A DNA stretch of 64,000 nt from an uncultured virus (IMG/VR IMGVR_UViG_3300021084_000006) (taxonomy: Duplodnaviria > Heunggongvirae > Uroviricota > Caudoviricetes): the IMG/VR virus record IMGVR_UViG_3300021084_000006, positions 1-64,000 of that record. The stretch is one strand, 5' to 3'. Shown one piece after another: positions 1-8,974 of this stretch. The notes under the pieces are model-generated. The model was given only the letters and a program-made list of their open reading frames with translations, was not told the DNA's origin and did no database searches. The position numbers and the translations under genes were made by a program. Positions within the stretch are counted from its first letter, which is position 1; each line of letters begins with the position of its first letter.

Positions 1-2
1 GT

Positions 3-3000
3 GGAGTTATTCCATATACAATTATAGGTGCTATTCATAGATATGGAGATCAATGGATTGTATATTCTACAGATGACATTAATTCTGAAATTGGAACGTT
101 TGATGATAGTGAATGTAAATATGAAGCTTTAGTAAATGACCCTTGTTTAAATTTTAAAAAGAAATTTTTAATTACTGGTGCATCTAAAGAAAACTTTGAT
201 TGTTCTTGGCAAGTGTATTGGGATGATGGTAATAACCCATCACGTACATTAAACATAGATGACATTCCTTGGAAACAATACATAAGTTCTGCACCAGGAG
301 ATCCTTGTGTAGTTTTTAGTGATATAGAACCTAAACAATTAGATTGTGAAAAAATAAGATTGGCACCACTGATGGACACACCTTGTGTAAAACTATCAAA
401 AGATGTTGATGGTGGTATGTTAAGAAATGGTGCATATCAGGCTTTTATTGCATATACTGAGAATGAACAAAAAGTAACAGACTATATTGGTATATCAAAT
501 GTTCAAACGCTTTGGAGTCATGCTGGCTCTGGTGGATCAATGAATATTAAATTATCAAACTTAGATACTAAATTTGATTATTATCAGCTAGCTCTTTTGA
601 TAAGACAGCAGGGTCAAGTATTTGCTAAAAAAATTGGTCTTTATAGTACTCAGCAACTAGACATAGGTCTTGATTTTATTAGTGATGAATTAGAAGCAGT
701 AGATATAGCAGAGTTACCTAAACGTAATCCAGCATATGAAAAATCAAATGCAATGTATGTTGTTAATGATTGGCTTATTAGACAAGGACCAACTGAAAAA
801 TTTGATTTTAATTATCAACCTATTGCTAATCAAATAAAAACAAATTGGGTAAGTAATCAACTAGATTCAAAATATTATACTTTAGGTGGTAGTAAATTAG
901 GATTCTTAAGAGATGAGCAATATGCATTTTTTATTAGATGGATATATAATACAGGTGAAAGATCTTCATCATATCATATACCAGGTAGAGCACCAGAAAA
1001 CTATAATGGTAATTTAGAAACTGATATTATATTTGGTGATAATGCTTTAGATGATTTGGGAGATCCTGTTTATAAAGTTTATAATACTGGTTCTATTACA
1101 CAACAAAATATATCTGAACTACAAGATGATGGTTCTTTTATTATTGGTAGAGGTAAAATGGGATATTGGGAATCTACAGAAAGATATCCTTCAGATAGAC
1201 CTGACATTTGGGGTGATCTATGTGGGAAACCAATCAGACATCACAAGTTTCCTACTGAAGAAGTAGGAGGACCAAACTCACCTTTACATATTAGTACAAC
1301 TGACGGAGATAATATAAACTTATTAGGAGTAGAATTTACTAATATAGGAAGACCAAAATATAATGATGGAAGTTATCTACAAGATGTAGTTGGTTATGAA
1401 ATACTAAGAGGTTCAAGAACTGGAGCAAAATCTATATTGGCTAAAGGTTTGTTTAGGAATATGCGTGAATATACTGTACCAAATTCAGAGAATTTAATTG
1501 GTGGAAGTGTTCAAGGTTTATATGCAAACTATCCATATAATGATTTGAGACCAGACATGTATTTTTGGAAAGGTGGCAATGATCTTAATAGAACAGAATC
1601 ATGTGATAACCTGCTTCAAAGTATAGCATCATTTGCTCCTTTAGACGGGTATTCAAAAAAAGCATTTACTTTTGCATCTCCAGATCTAATGTTTACAAAG
1701 CCTTTTTTAAATGCTTATGAAACTAGAATATATGGTGAGATAACAGGTAAACAATCTGGTTATTTTAAAGCATCAGAAGATCACCCTCAGTTTAAACTAT
1801 TAAGAAATGGAGCAGCTGTAATAGCAGCTGTGATTGGTATAGGTTATGCTGTTGCTCAAATTCAAGGAGATAGAGGAACTAAAAGAACCGGTGGTGGAGG
1901 TGGTTTTTGGACTGCAAATGACTTTTACTTAGGTTTTGGAACTGGTGGTACTACAGGACCTTTTGGAGTAAATGGAGTAGCTAATGCTGCAGGTGCTGTA
2001 GCCAACTCAGGTATTTCTGAAGGTGCATCAATTGCTTATGAATTAGTTGATAGTACAGTAGCTTTAGCTGATTTGTGGGCAGGTGGAGCAGGTTTAGAAC
2101 TAGCACAAGGGATTTTTGGATCAGTAACTGCTTTATCTGGTCTTCTACCAGGTGGTAAACCAGGTGAGTATGAAATAACAACTAATAAAAATACAGCTTT
2201 ATCTCAGTTGCCTTCAGGATTTAGAGCATTAATTTCTCTGACAACTTCAGCTGCTAATATTGCAATTGGTGGTAATGAGATAATTGAGCTAATTTATAAC
2301 TTAGTTAACAAGAGTGATTTTGTATTTAAATATAATTCACAAGGCTTTTTTAATGATTTTAAAGATAGCAACTTATCAATATGGAGATTTAAGAATGAAG
2401 ATTCTAATTATTTAGGTTCTTCATTTCAAACATTTAATAATGGACAATATAAAATAAATAATTTATTTAGACCATCAACAGTTGCTGTTGCATTAGAAAA
2501 AGAATTACAAGATCCAATAACTGAGGATAAATCAAGATTTACAGTTGGGGGTTATGTTAGAAAAAATGGTTCAGTAGGTGAATGGTCTGATAATTATTTA
2601 TTAAATCCTGATCAAAGTAAAATATCAAATATATCTGCATATTACGGATCACTTAAATTTAACTTTGATAATCAATATGGTCAACTAAGCGGTATAAAAC
2701 AAATACCTATGAGAGGTTGTGTTGAATTATTAGATCCAACTAAACCTGATCAATTTATGTATTCAACTCAAGCTCTTATGGCAGGTGATACATTTATTGG
2801 TAGGTATACTGAAAAAGTTATAATGCCAATTTTTTCTCAATATCTATTAGGTCAGCCAGATGAGTTTACATATGATTACTCCATGCATGTCAATATACCA
2901 TACCCTAGGTTTTGGTTAAATTCACAAAGATTTGACATGACAGGTTTAGCTCAACAAATAGCAACACTTGGTATTGCTCCTGACCCTGATGAATTATTTC

Positions 3001-5888
3001 CTAATGATCTATTTTATTTAGATAGAGGTAATGATAGTTGTGGTCAAGGATTTACTAATATATTTACAGGAGGAAATGCAAATGATCCTAACCCTATATT
3101 AGCTATGAGATATGCTTACATGTATTCTCATAATAATGGAATATTAGACTTCTTTGTAGAATCAGAAATTAATTTAGCACACAGAGATTGGGAAGATACT
3201 AAAGCAAGACAAATATATGATGTATATGAAAATAATGATATAGATGAATTATTTCATGCACAAATAGAAAAGAAAGATAACTACTATAAGTATGATGAAT
3301 CATTAAGTCCATCAAGATTTCCATCACAAATGAGTTCCTTTGGGGAAATTCAACCATTGTACTATGATCCATATGTTGCAGCAAACTGTTATGTTAGCCG
3401 TCCAAAAAGATTAATATATTCTTTACAAGCTCAAGATGAAGCTAAGAAAGATTTTTGGAGAGTATTTTTACCACTTAATTATAAAGACTTTAAAAATAAA
3501 GTTAGTGTAATAAAACCTATGAGTAAGACAGGGGCATTAGTATTTTTCCCTTATTTATCTCCTCAGTTATTTCAAGGAGTAGATTCTTTAAAGTTAGGAT
3601 CAAATACTAATGTAACAATAGGTGATGGTAAATTATTTAATCAACCGTTGCAAAATGTAACTAATTCTGACATCTCTAATGAATATGGTTCATGTGAAAG
3701 TTTAAGAAGCGTTGTAAATACACCAGTAGGTTTGTTTTTTATATCACAAGCACAAGGTAAAATATTTCAATATACAGGTAAAGGATTAGATCCAATATCT
3801 AATAATGGAATGAAATGGTGGTTTAATAAATATCTACCTTCTCAATTAGTTAAACAATTTCCATTACTGGAAGATTCTGTATTATCTGATAATCCTATAG
3901 CAGGTGTAGGGTGTCAAGCAATATATGATCCTAATGATGATATTGTTTATTTTATGAAAAAAGATTATAGAATAAAATCTAAATGGATTGCTAATGTTAC
4001 ATATTCTGAATCAAAAGGATTTGAATTTAATGGAGGATTACCTCTTACAATAGGGGATCCCGTTTGGTTTGATGATTGTTCTTGGACTATAAGTTATGAT
4101 CCAAAAGGAAAAGGATGGGTATCTTTTCATGACTGGCATCCTGAGTTAGCTTTACCAAGCATTAATCACTTTTTTACAACAAAGACAATAGAAAGTGAAA
4201 CTCCAATATGTCCACCAGGATTCACATATAATGCAACAAACGGATTGTGTGAAAGAATAGAAAATACATCTGATTTAGCTTCTGTCATAATAGATGAAGT
4301 AGATGCTGATGTACAAGGTGGTGCAACACTATGTTTATTAGATATTGTTATAGCAATGGACACTTCTGGTTCTACTGGGAATGGTCCAGGTTCTATAAGA
4401 CAAGCTCAACAGGATTGGTTAAGTGCATTTTTGACTGATCCTAATATATCAGGACCTATGGCTACTGGTAGATTTCAAGTAGGTTTAAATGCATGGGCAA
4501 GCCAACGGGTTGATATGAATCCTAATGGATTTACTATGAGTAACACTGTTACTGAACCTCAAGTAACTGCTTGGTATAATAGTGTTTGGGGTCAAACTCC
4601 TCCAGGAACTGGTACAGTAGTGGGTCCAGCACTAACTCATGCGCAGAATGTATTAAATTTAAAAGCAGGAAGTCAGCTAGGAGATAGAACTGCAGATCCA
4701 GCTTTTAGACAAATAATTATTTTTGTAACTGATACAAATAGTAATCCTGGAAATATAGGTTGTCCATTCCAAGGTATAAATAATTCACCCAATGCATCAG
4801 GTCCTGCAAATCAAGATGTGTTTGCTTTATATTGTGGTGCTACAAATAGTACACCTGCTAACCCAAATGTATTAACTAATATAGCTTGTACTCCTGGTCC
4901 TATAAATGTTGATGGATATCAATATGGTATTGCAGCTAATAATCCAGCTCAAGTTGCTTTAATAGCAGCAAACATTGCAGCTAATGCATGTTCAATACCT
5001 ACTACATGTAATTGCCCTCCTGGTTATACTCTTGTATATCCAAATCCAACAACAGGAGAGTTTATAGATAGCTCAGGACCATGTGAGGTAGATGCACCAC
5101 CAATATGTAGAAAATTAGAATGTGAATGTCCTCCTGGTATTCCTGGATTTCCTACAACAACAACAGGTCAGTGTGATGATTTATTTTTAGCAGGAAGTCC
5201 TACATATGTTAATCCTAATCCACTTATATGTAATTCAGACTCTTATGAAACTGCACAAGCAAACTTTAAGGTTGGAGCATTTTGGAGACATAATGTAAGG
5301 TGTGATTTATTTGCAAATTATTACGGTGTAGATTATCCATGGGAAATTGATTTAGTTGAACAAACTGGGCAAATGGTTAATACTGTAAGAAGTGTTGAAT
5401 ATCAACTTGAAACATATGTTTATAAAGGTGATATGGGCTATGCGTGTAATGATGACAAATGGGAAGATCTTTTATTTAATTTTGATCAAGCAATCATTTA
5501 TAATAATGAACAAGTATCCGGATCTTTAAAGTTAGTTCCTACACCATTTAATGAACCTTTAGCTAATTTAACTTACCCTATAGTTAGTGGTAATAATATA
5601 GATATACTATGTTCTAAAGTAGAACAGAAATATAGGTTTAATCAATTTTGGGATATTACAAATGATAGAGGAGAGTTTTCATTTGCAGAACAACCTATTT
5701 GGAGAACAGCACCAAATGGCTACATAAAAAACTTAAATGTGATAAACTTAAATTATAATAAATCACAACTACAACATAAGAAATTTAGACATTACGCAAA
5801 TAATTTTATATTAAGAAGATTAGTCTCAGGAAATAGAAAAATGTTGCTACGTTTATTTAATACTAAACTACTTACATCTCTTAGATAA
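3..5888 (+). CDS. Large tail structural protein (tail stabilization/nozzle-like), 5'-truncated, with inserted vWA and Cys-rich module
   Basis: Frame is open from position 3, so the track's start at 213 is an internal GTG. Beta-rich, with 'WTISYDPKGKGWVSFHDWHP' recalled as typical of crAss-like tail stabilization proteins. Lies immediately before the cargo genes. MIDAS DTSGS at 4359-4373. Confidence 0.7.
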   Translation, partial: GVIPYTIIGAIHRYGDQWIVYSTDDINSEIGTFDDSECKYEALVNDPCLNFKKKFLITGASKENFDCSWQVYWDDGNNPSRTLNIDDIPWKQYISSAPGDPCVVFSDIEPKQLDCEKIRLAPLMDTPCVKLSKDVDGGMLRNGAYQAFIAYTENEQKVTDYIGISNVQTLWSHAGSGGSMNIKLSNLDTKFDYYQLALLIRQQGQVFAKKIGLYSTQQLDIGLDFISDELEAVDIAELPKRNPAYEKSNAMYVVNDWLIRQGPTEKFDFNYQPIANQIKTNWVSNQLDSKYYTLGGSKLGFLRDEQYAFFIRWIYNTGERSSSYHIPGRAPENYNGNLETDIIFGDNALDDLGDPVYKVYNTGSITQQNISELQDDGSFIIGRGKMGYWESTERYPSDRPDIWGDLCGKPIRHHKFPTEEVGGPNSPLHISTTDGDNINLLGVEFTNIGRPKYNDGSYLQDVVGYEILRGSRTGAKSILAKGLFRNMREYTVPNSENLIGGSVQGLYANYPYNDLRPDMYFWKGGNDLNRTESCDNLLQSIASFAPLDGYSKKAFTFASPDLMFTKPFLNAYETRIYGEITGKQSGYFKASEDHPQFKLLRNGAAVIAAVIGIGYAVAQIQGDRGTKRTGGGGGFWTANDFYLGFGTGGTTGPFGVNGVANAAGAVANSGISEGASIAYELVDSTVALADLWAGGAGLELAQGIFGSVTALSGLLPGGKPGEYEITTNKNTALSQLPSGFRALISLTTSAANIAIGGNEIIELIYNLVNKSDFVFKYNSQGFFNDFKDSNLSIWRFKNEDSNYLGSSFQTFNNGQYKINNLFRPSTVAVALEKELQDPITEDKSRFTVGGYVRKNGSVGEWSDNYLLNPDQSKISNISAYYGSLKFNFDNQYGQLSGIKQIPMRGCVELLDPTKPDQFMYSTQALMAGDTFIGRYTEKVIMPIFSQYLLGQPDEFTYDYSMHVNIPYPRFWLNSQRFDMTGLAQQIATLGIAPDPDELFPNDLFYLDRGNDSCGQGFTNIFTGGNANDPNPILAMRYAYMYSHNNGILDFFVESEINLAHRDWEDTKARQIYDVYENNDIDELFHAQIEKKDNYYKYDESLSPSRFPSQMSSFGEIQPLYYDPYVAANCYVSRPKRLIYSLQAQDEAKKDFWRVFLPLNYKDFKNKVSVIKPMSKTGALVFFPYLSPQLFQGVDSLKLGSNTNVTIGDGKLFNQPLQNVTNSDISNEYGSCESLRSVVNTPVGLFFISQAQGKIFQYTGKGLDPISNNGMKWWFNKYLPSQLVKQFPLLEDSVLSDNPIAGVGCQAIYDPNDDIVYFMKKDYRIKSKWIANVTYSESKGFEFNGGLPLTIGDPVWFDDCSWTISYDPKGKGWVSFHDWHPELALPSINHFFTTKTIESETPICPPGFTYNATNGLCERIENTSDLASVIIDEVDADVQGGATLCLLDIVIAMDTSGSTGNGPGSIRQAQQDWLSAFLTDPNISGPMATGRFQVGLNAWASQRVDMNPNGFTMSNTVTEPQVTAWYNSVWGQTPPGTGTVVGPALTHAQNVLNLKAGSQLGDRTADPAFRQIIIFVTDTNSNPGNIGCPFQGINNSPNASGPANQDVFALYCGATNSTPANPNVLTNIACTPGPINVDGYQYGIAANNPAQVALIAANIAANACSIPTTCNCPPGYTLVYPNPTTGEFIDSSGPCEVDAPPICRKLECECPPGIPGFPTTTTGQCDDLFLAGSPTYVNPNPLICNSDSYETAQANFKVGAFWRHNVRCDLFANYYGVDYPWEIDLVEQTGQMVNTVRSVEYQLETYVYKGDMGYACNDDKWEDLLFNFDQAIIYNNEQVSGSLKLVPTPFNEPLANLTYPIVSGNNIDILCSKVEQKYRFNQFWDITNDRGEFSFAEQPIWRTAPNGYIKNLNVINLNYNKSQLQHKKFRHYANNFILRRLVSGNRKMLLRLFNTKLLTSLR

Positions 5889-8800
5889 TGGCAAATAAGA
5901 AAAGCATAGGACTACCAGGGGGACCAAATGAATACATAACACATGTATCAGAAATGTTTAGTACAGAAGGATATAAAAGAAATTCACCTGATGTAAACAA
6001 TCCAGTTAATATTATTGAGTCAAGTAATATTACTATGAATGGTGTAGACTTCCCTGTTAGGGGTTATGGTAACAATGGCAAAGTTCAGGATATGATGCCG
6101 GGAGTAGAACATTACGACTATGGTAATGCAGACTATGTTGTTGAAGTACCAATGGCTCAGACAGGTGTAGAAGTAGAAAAAAGTTTTGAGATAACTCCTG
6201 AGTTGCTTTTAAAACAAGCTTTTGTAGAATCTTTATTAAACCCAAAAGCTAAAAATGATCTTGGATATAAAGGTATAGCACAAATAGGAGATGACTTAAT
6301 AAGTGATTATAAAAAGGCAAATAAAGTTGAATCAGTAGATCCATTTAATGTACAACAAAATCATGATGTTCAAGAGTGGTCTATGAATGAATTATACAAC
6401 TCATCATTTGTAGATAAACCTACAAGCACTGCTGAGAATAGATTACTCAAAAGTTTAGCATCTTATAATTGGGGAAGAGGTAAAGTACGAAAATTACTTA
6501 ATGAAGAAAAGGCTAGTGGTACTGATATATATACAGGAACTGATTGGACAGAGAAACTACCGCAACAAACAAAGGACTACATAAATATGATTGTTTATGA
6601 TGGTTCAACAGAAAAAAGACCTCTAGTACAAGAGAATTTTATCAAAGCAACAAAAGATGATAAGTATAAAGAAATAAGAGATATATATAAATATCAGTAC
6701 GGTGGTGATTTATTTGATGAAAGAACTAATAACGCACTTGTACAAGATAATACTTATGTAAGTAGGTTTATGCCTAAAGATCCTTTCCCATCTTTAAGAA
6801 ATATAAATAAAAGTATTGAAGATTATAAATTAGATCCATCAGATTATGAAGTTAAAGATAATCCAAGATCATCAGATAATAATCTAGAAAATAATCATGT
6901 TGTTGCAAAGGGTGAAAACTTAGGTCTTATAGCAAAAAAGTATAATACATCTGTTAGTGAAATTGCATCTTTAAATAATATACAAGATCCTAATTTAATT
7001 AATGTAAATCAAAAATTAAAATTACCAAACATTGAGGTTAGTGACAAAAAAGAATATGTAATAAAAGCTGGTGATACCTTAAATGAAATAGCTAAAAAAC
7101 ACGGGACAACATCCAATAAGTTAGCTGAAATTAATGGCATTGAAGATATAAATATTATAAGTATAAATCAAAGATTACAACTGCCTGATAATTATATTGA
7201 TGAAGTAAGTCTAGCAGAAGAAAGTTGGATTAGTACAGATAAATTAAAGCAAAATAGAAAAGACATCAATGGTGGTAATGATGAAAGCATTGTTGTAAAA
7301 TCACAAATGTTAAATGACCCAAATCAAAGATATGTTGTTATAGATAAAAAATCACAAAGATTAAAACTTTATCAAGGTGATAATGTTCTTATGGATTTTG
7401 AAGTGGGAACAGGTCAAAATGTTGGAGATGCACAAACAGTAACTAAAAATAAATATATAGATCCATATGGAAATACAGTTACACCAAAAGAAGCATTTAT
7501 AGAAGAAGAGAAAGACGGTAGAATTGTATATGAGAAACTTAAACCAGGATACAAAAGTAAAGTAGACTGGAGTGCTGGTAATAAGCAAACAGGTGCAGGA
7601 AAATTTACAATGGGTAATGTGGGTGAATATAAAGACACACCTTCATTTACATTAGTTAATGAAAATGGAATAGAAATACCTGCTGTTATTCATGCTGCAT
7701 TAAATAGTAGAAAACAATACTTTGATAATGACAACATTGAAGATAATAGAATGAGCAATGGTTGTATCAATGGTAAGTGTACTGATCTAGAGGCATTATA
7801 TAATACAGGCTTACCGGCAGGTTCTCCAGTATTTATATTACCAGAAGAAGAAGGAAACTATTTTGAGTTTGCAGATGGTCAAGCAGTATTAAGAACAGGT
7901 AGACAAAATAGGATAGATGCAGAAAATTATACTGATTCACAAGGTAGAGAACAGAAAGGTCAAGGGATTAATAGATCTACTAATACTTTAAACTATAAAG
8001 AAATTAGACCTGTTTTTGATGAGGAGAAATTTAAAGAAGATAAATTTACTTATTTTGATTTTGATGATACTGAAGAATATGAAGAATCAGTTAAGCCTTT
8101 TGTAAATTCATTAGTAAATAATAAACAAAGGATAATGAAAGTTGCTGGTATATCTAGTGACCAGTATAATGAAATAGCTCAGATTGCATTTGGAATTTTA
8201 GGTAATGAAACAAACTTTGGAGATACTCATAGTGAAGTGGGTAATGCAATTAGAGGTGCAAGGAAAAAATTTATAAGTCCAAAATCATCATCACCAGATT
8301 ATCAGAGAAAATTTGATGGTTATAGTTTTGCTGAAGGTGCTGATAATGACTATAACAGTGTTGGACTTACTCAGCTTAGGTATCAAGAAGTAAAAAATGA
8401 AGGTAAAAAAAGAGATAGTAATGGTAATATTTTAGCTTCTGAAAGGGACAAAGTAATGCCAGCAGAAAAAATGTTTAATGATTTAGGTATAACTTCTAAT
8501 GCAGACTTAATGGATCCTGAGAAAGCAGCTATAGCAACAATTGCTAGATTAGCTTTTTTAGTCAACAATAGAAAAGGTGTTGACAAAAATGATTTGATGA
8601 ATACATTACCTGGATTTTGGGGAGGGTCAAGTAAAGATGGTAAAGCTACATATATAAATAATGTCAAGAAGAATTCTAAATATTTAAAGCTAGAACAGCT
8701 AGATAGAGTTTTACCTACAAATGAAGAAGGAGGAGAGATGGATGACTTTGATATGTATCAAGGATATTTAAATGGTAAGTATGATGGTACTGAACAAGAG

Positions 8801-8914
8801 CTGGAAGCAGAAAAGATATATGATAAGCTTAACAGAAAACATTATAGAGAAGCTAAAATGCATGGTATGACTGCTAGTAATTTTATAGCAACTCACTTTT
8901 TAAATAAAGCTTAA
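5888..8914 (+). CDS. Multidomain peptidoglycan-active virion protein: lytic transglycosylase + 2x LysM + L,D-transpeptidase (YkuD)-like + second lysozyme-like domain
   Basis: SLT motifs VES / GIAQ / ASYNWG / TKDYI (~6197-6595); two LysM repeats (~6896-7027, ~7055-7186); YkuD-type 'VVIDKKSQRLKLY..FEVGTG..H..SNGCI' (H 7691, C 7763); C-terminal 'GNETNFG..SVGLTQ..LMDPEKA..YINNV'. Confidence 0.85.
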   Translation: MANKKSIGLPGGPNEYITHVSEMFSTEGYKRNSPDVNNPVNIIESSNITMNGVDFPVRGYGNNGKVQDMMPGVEHYDYGNADYVVEVPMAQTGVEVEKSFEITPELLLKQAFVESLLNPKAKNDLGYKGIAQIGDDLISDYKKANKVESVDPFNVQQNHDVQEWSMNELYNSSFVDKPTSTAENRLLKSLASYNWGRGKVRKLLNEEKASGTDIYTGTDWTEKLPQQTKDYINMIVYDGSTEKRPLVQENFIKATKDDKYKEIRDIYKYQYGGDLFDERTNNALVQDNTYVSRFMPKDPFPSLRNINKSIEDYKLDPSDYEVKDNPRSSDNNLENNHVVAKGENLGLIAKKYNTSVSEIASLNNIQDPNLINVNQKLKLPNIEVSDKKEYVIKAGDTLNEIAKKHGTTSNKLAEINGIEDINIISINQRLQLPDNYIDEVSLAEESWISTDKLKQNRKDINGGNDESIVVKSQMLNDPNQRYVVIDKKSQRLKLYQGDNVLMDFEVGTGQNVGDAQTVTKNKYIDPYGNTVTPKEAFIEEEKDGRIVYEKLKPGYKSKVDWSAGNKQTGAGKFTMGNVGEYKDTPSFTLVNENGIEIPAVIHAALNSRKQYFDNDNIEDNRMSNGCINGKCTDLEALYNTGLPAGSPVFILPEEEGNYFEFADGQAVLRTGRQNRIDAENYTDSQGREQKGQGINRSTNTLNYKEIRPVFDEEKFKEDKFTYFDFDDTEEYEESVKPFVNSLVNNKQRIMKVAGISSDQYNEIAQIAFGILGNETNFGDTHSEVGNAIRGARKKFISPKSSSPDYQRKFDGYSFAEGADNDYNSVGLTQLRYQEVKNEGKKRDSNGNILASERDKVMPAEKMFNDLGITSNADLMDPEKAAIATIARLAFLVNNRKGVDKNDLMNTLPGFWGGSSKDGKATYINNVKKNSKYLKLEQLDRVLPTNEEGGEMDDFDMYQGYLNGKYDGTEQELEAEKIYDKLNRKHYREAKMHGMTASNFIATHFLNKA

Positions 8915-8944
8915 ACCTTAAAAATTAGTAAATCTCTTGATTTA

Positions 8945-8955
8945 TTTGTATATTA
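8945..8955 (+). promoter_or_regulatory. Putative promoter element TTTGTATATTA (copy 1)
   Basis: The same 11-mer lies just upstream of + strand genes at 8945, 41940 and 42712; it resembles the Bacteroidota -7 box TAnnTTTG. Confidence 0.55.
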
Positions 8956-8974
8956 TTAATATAAAATAATTGTT

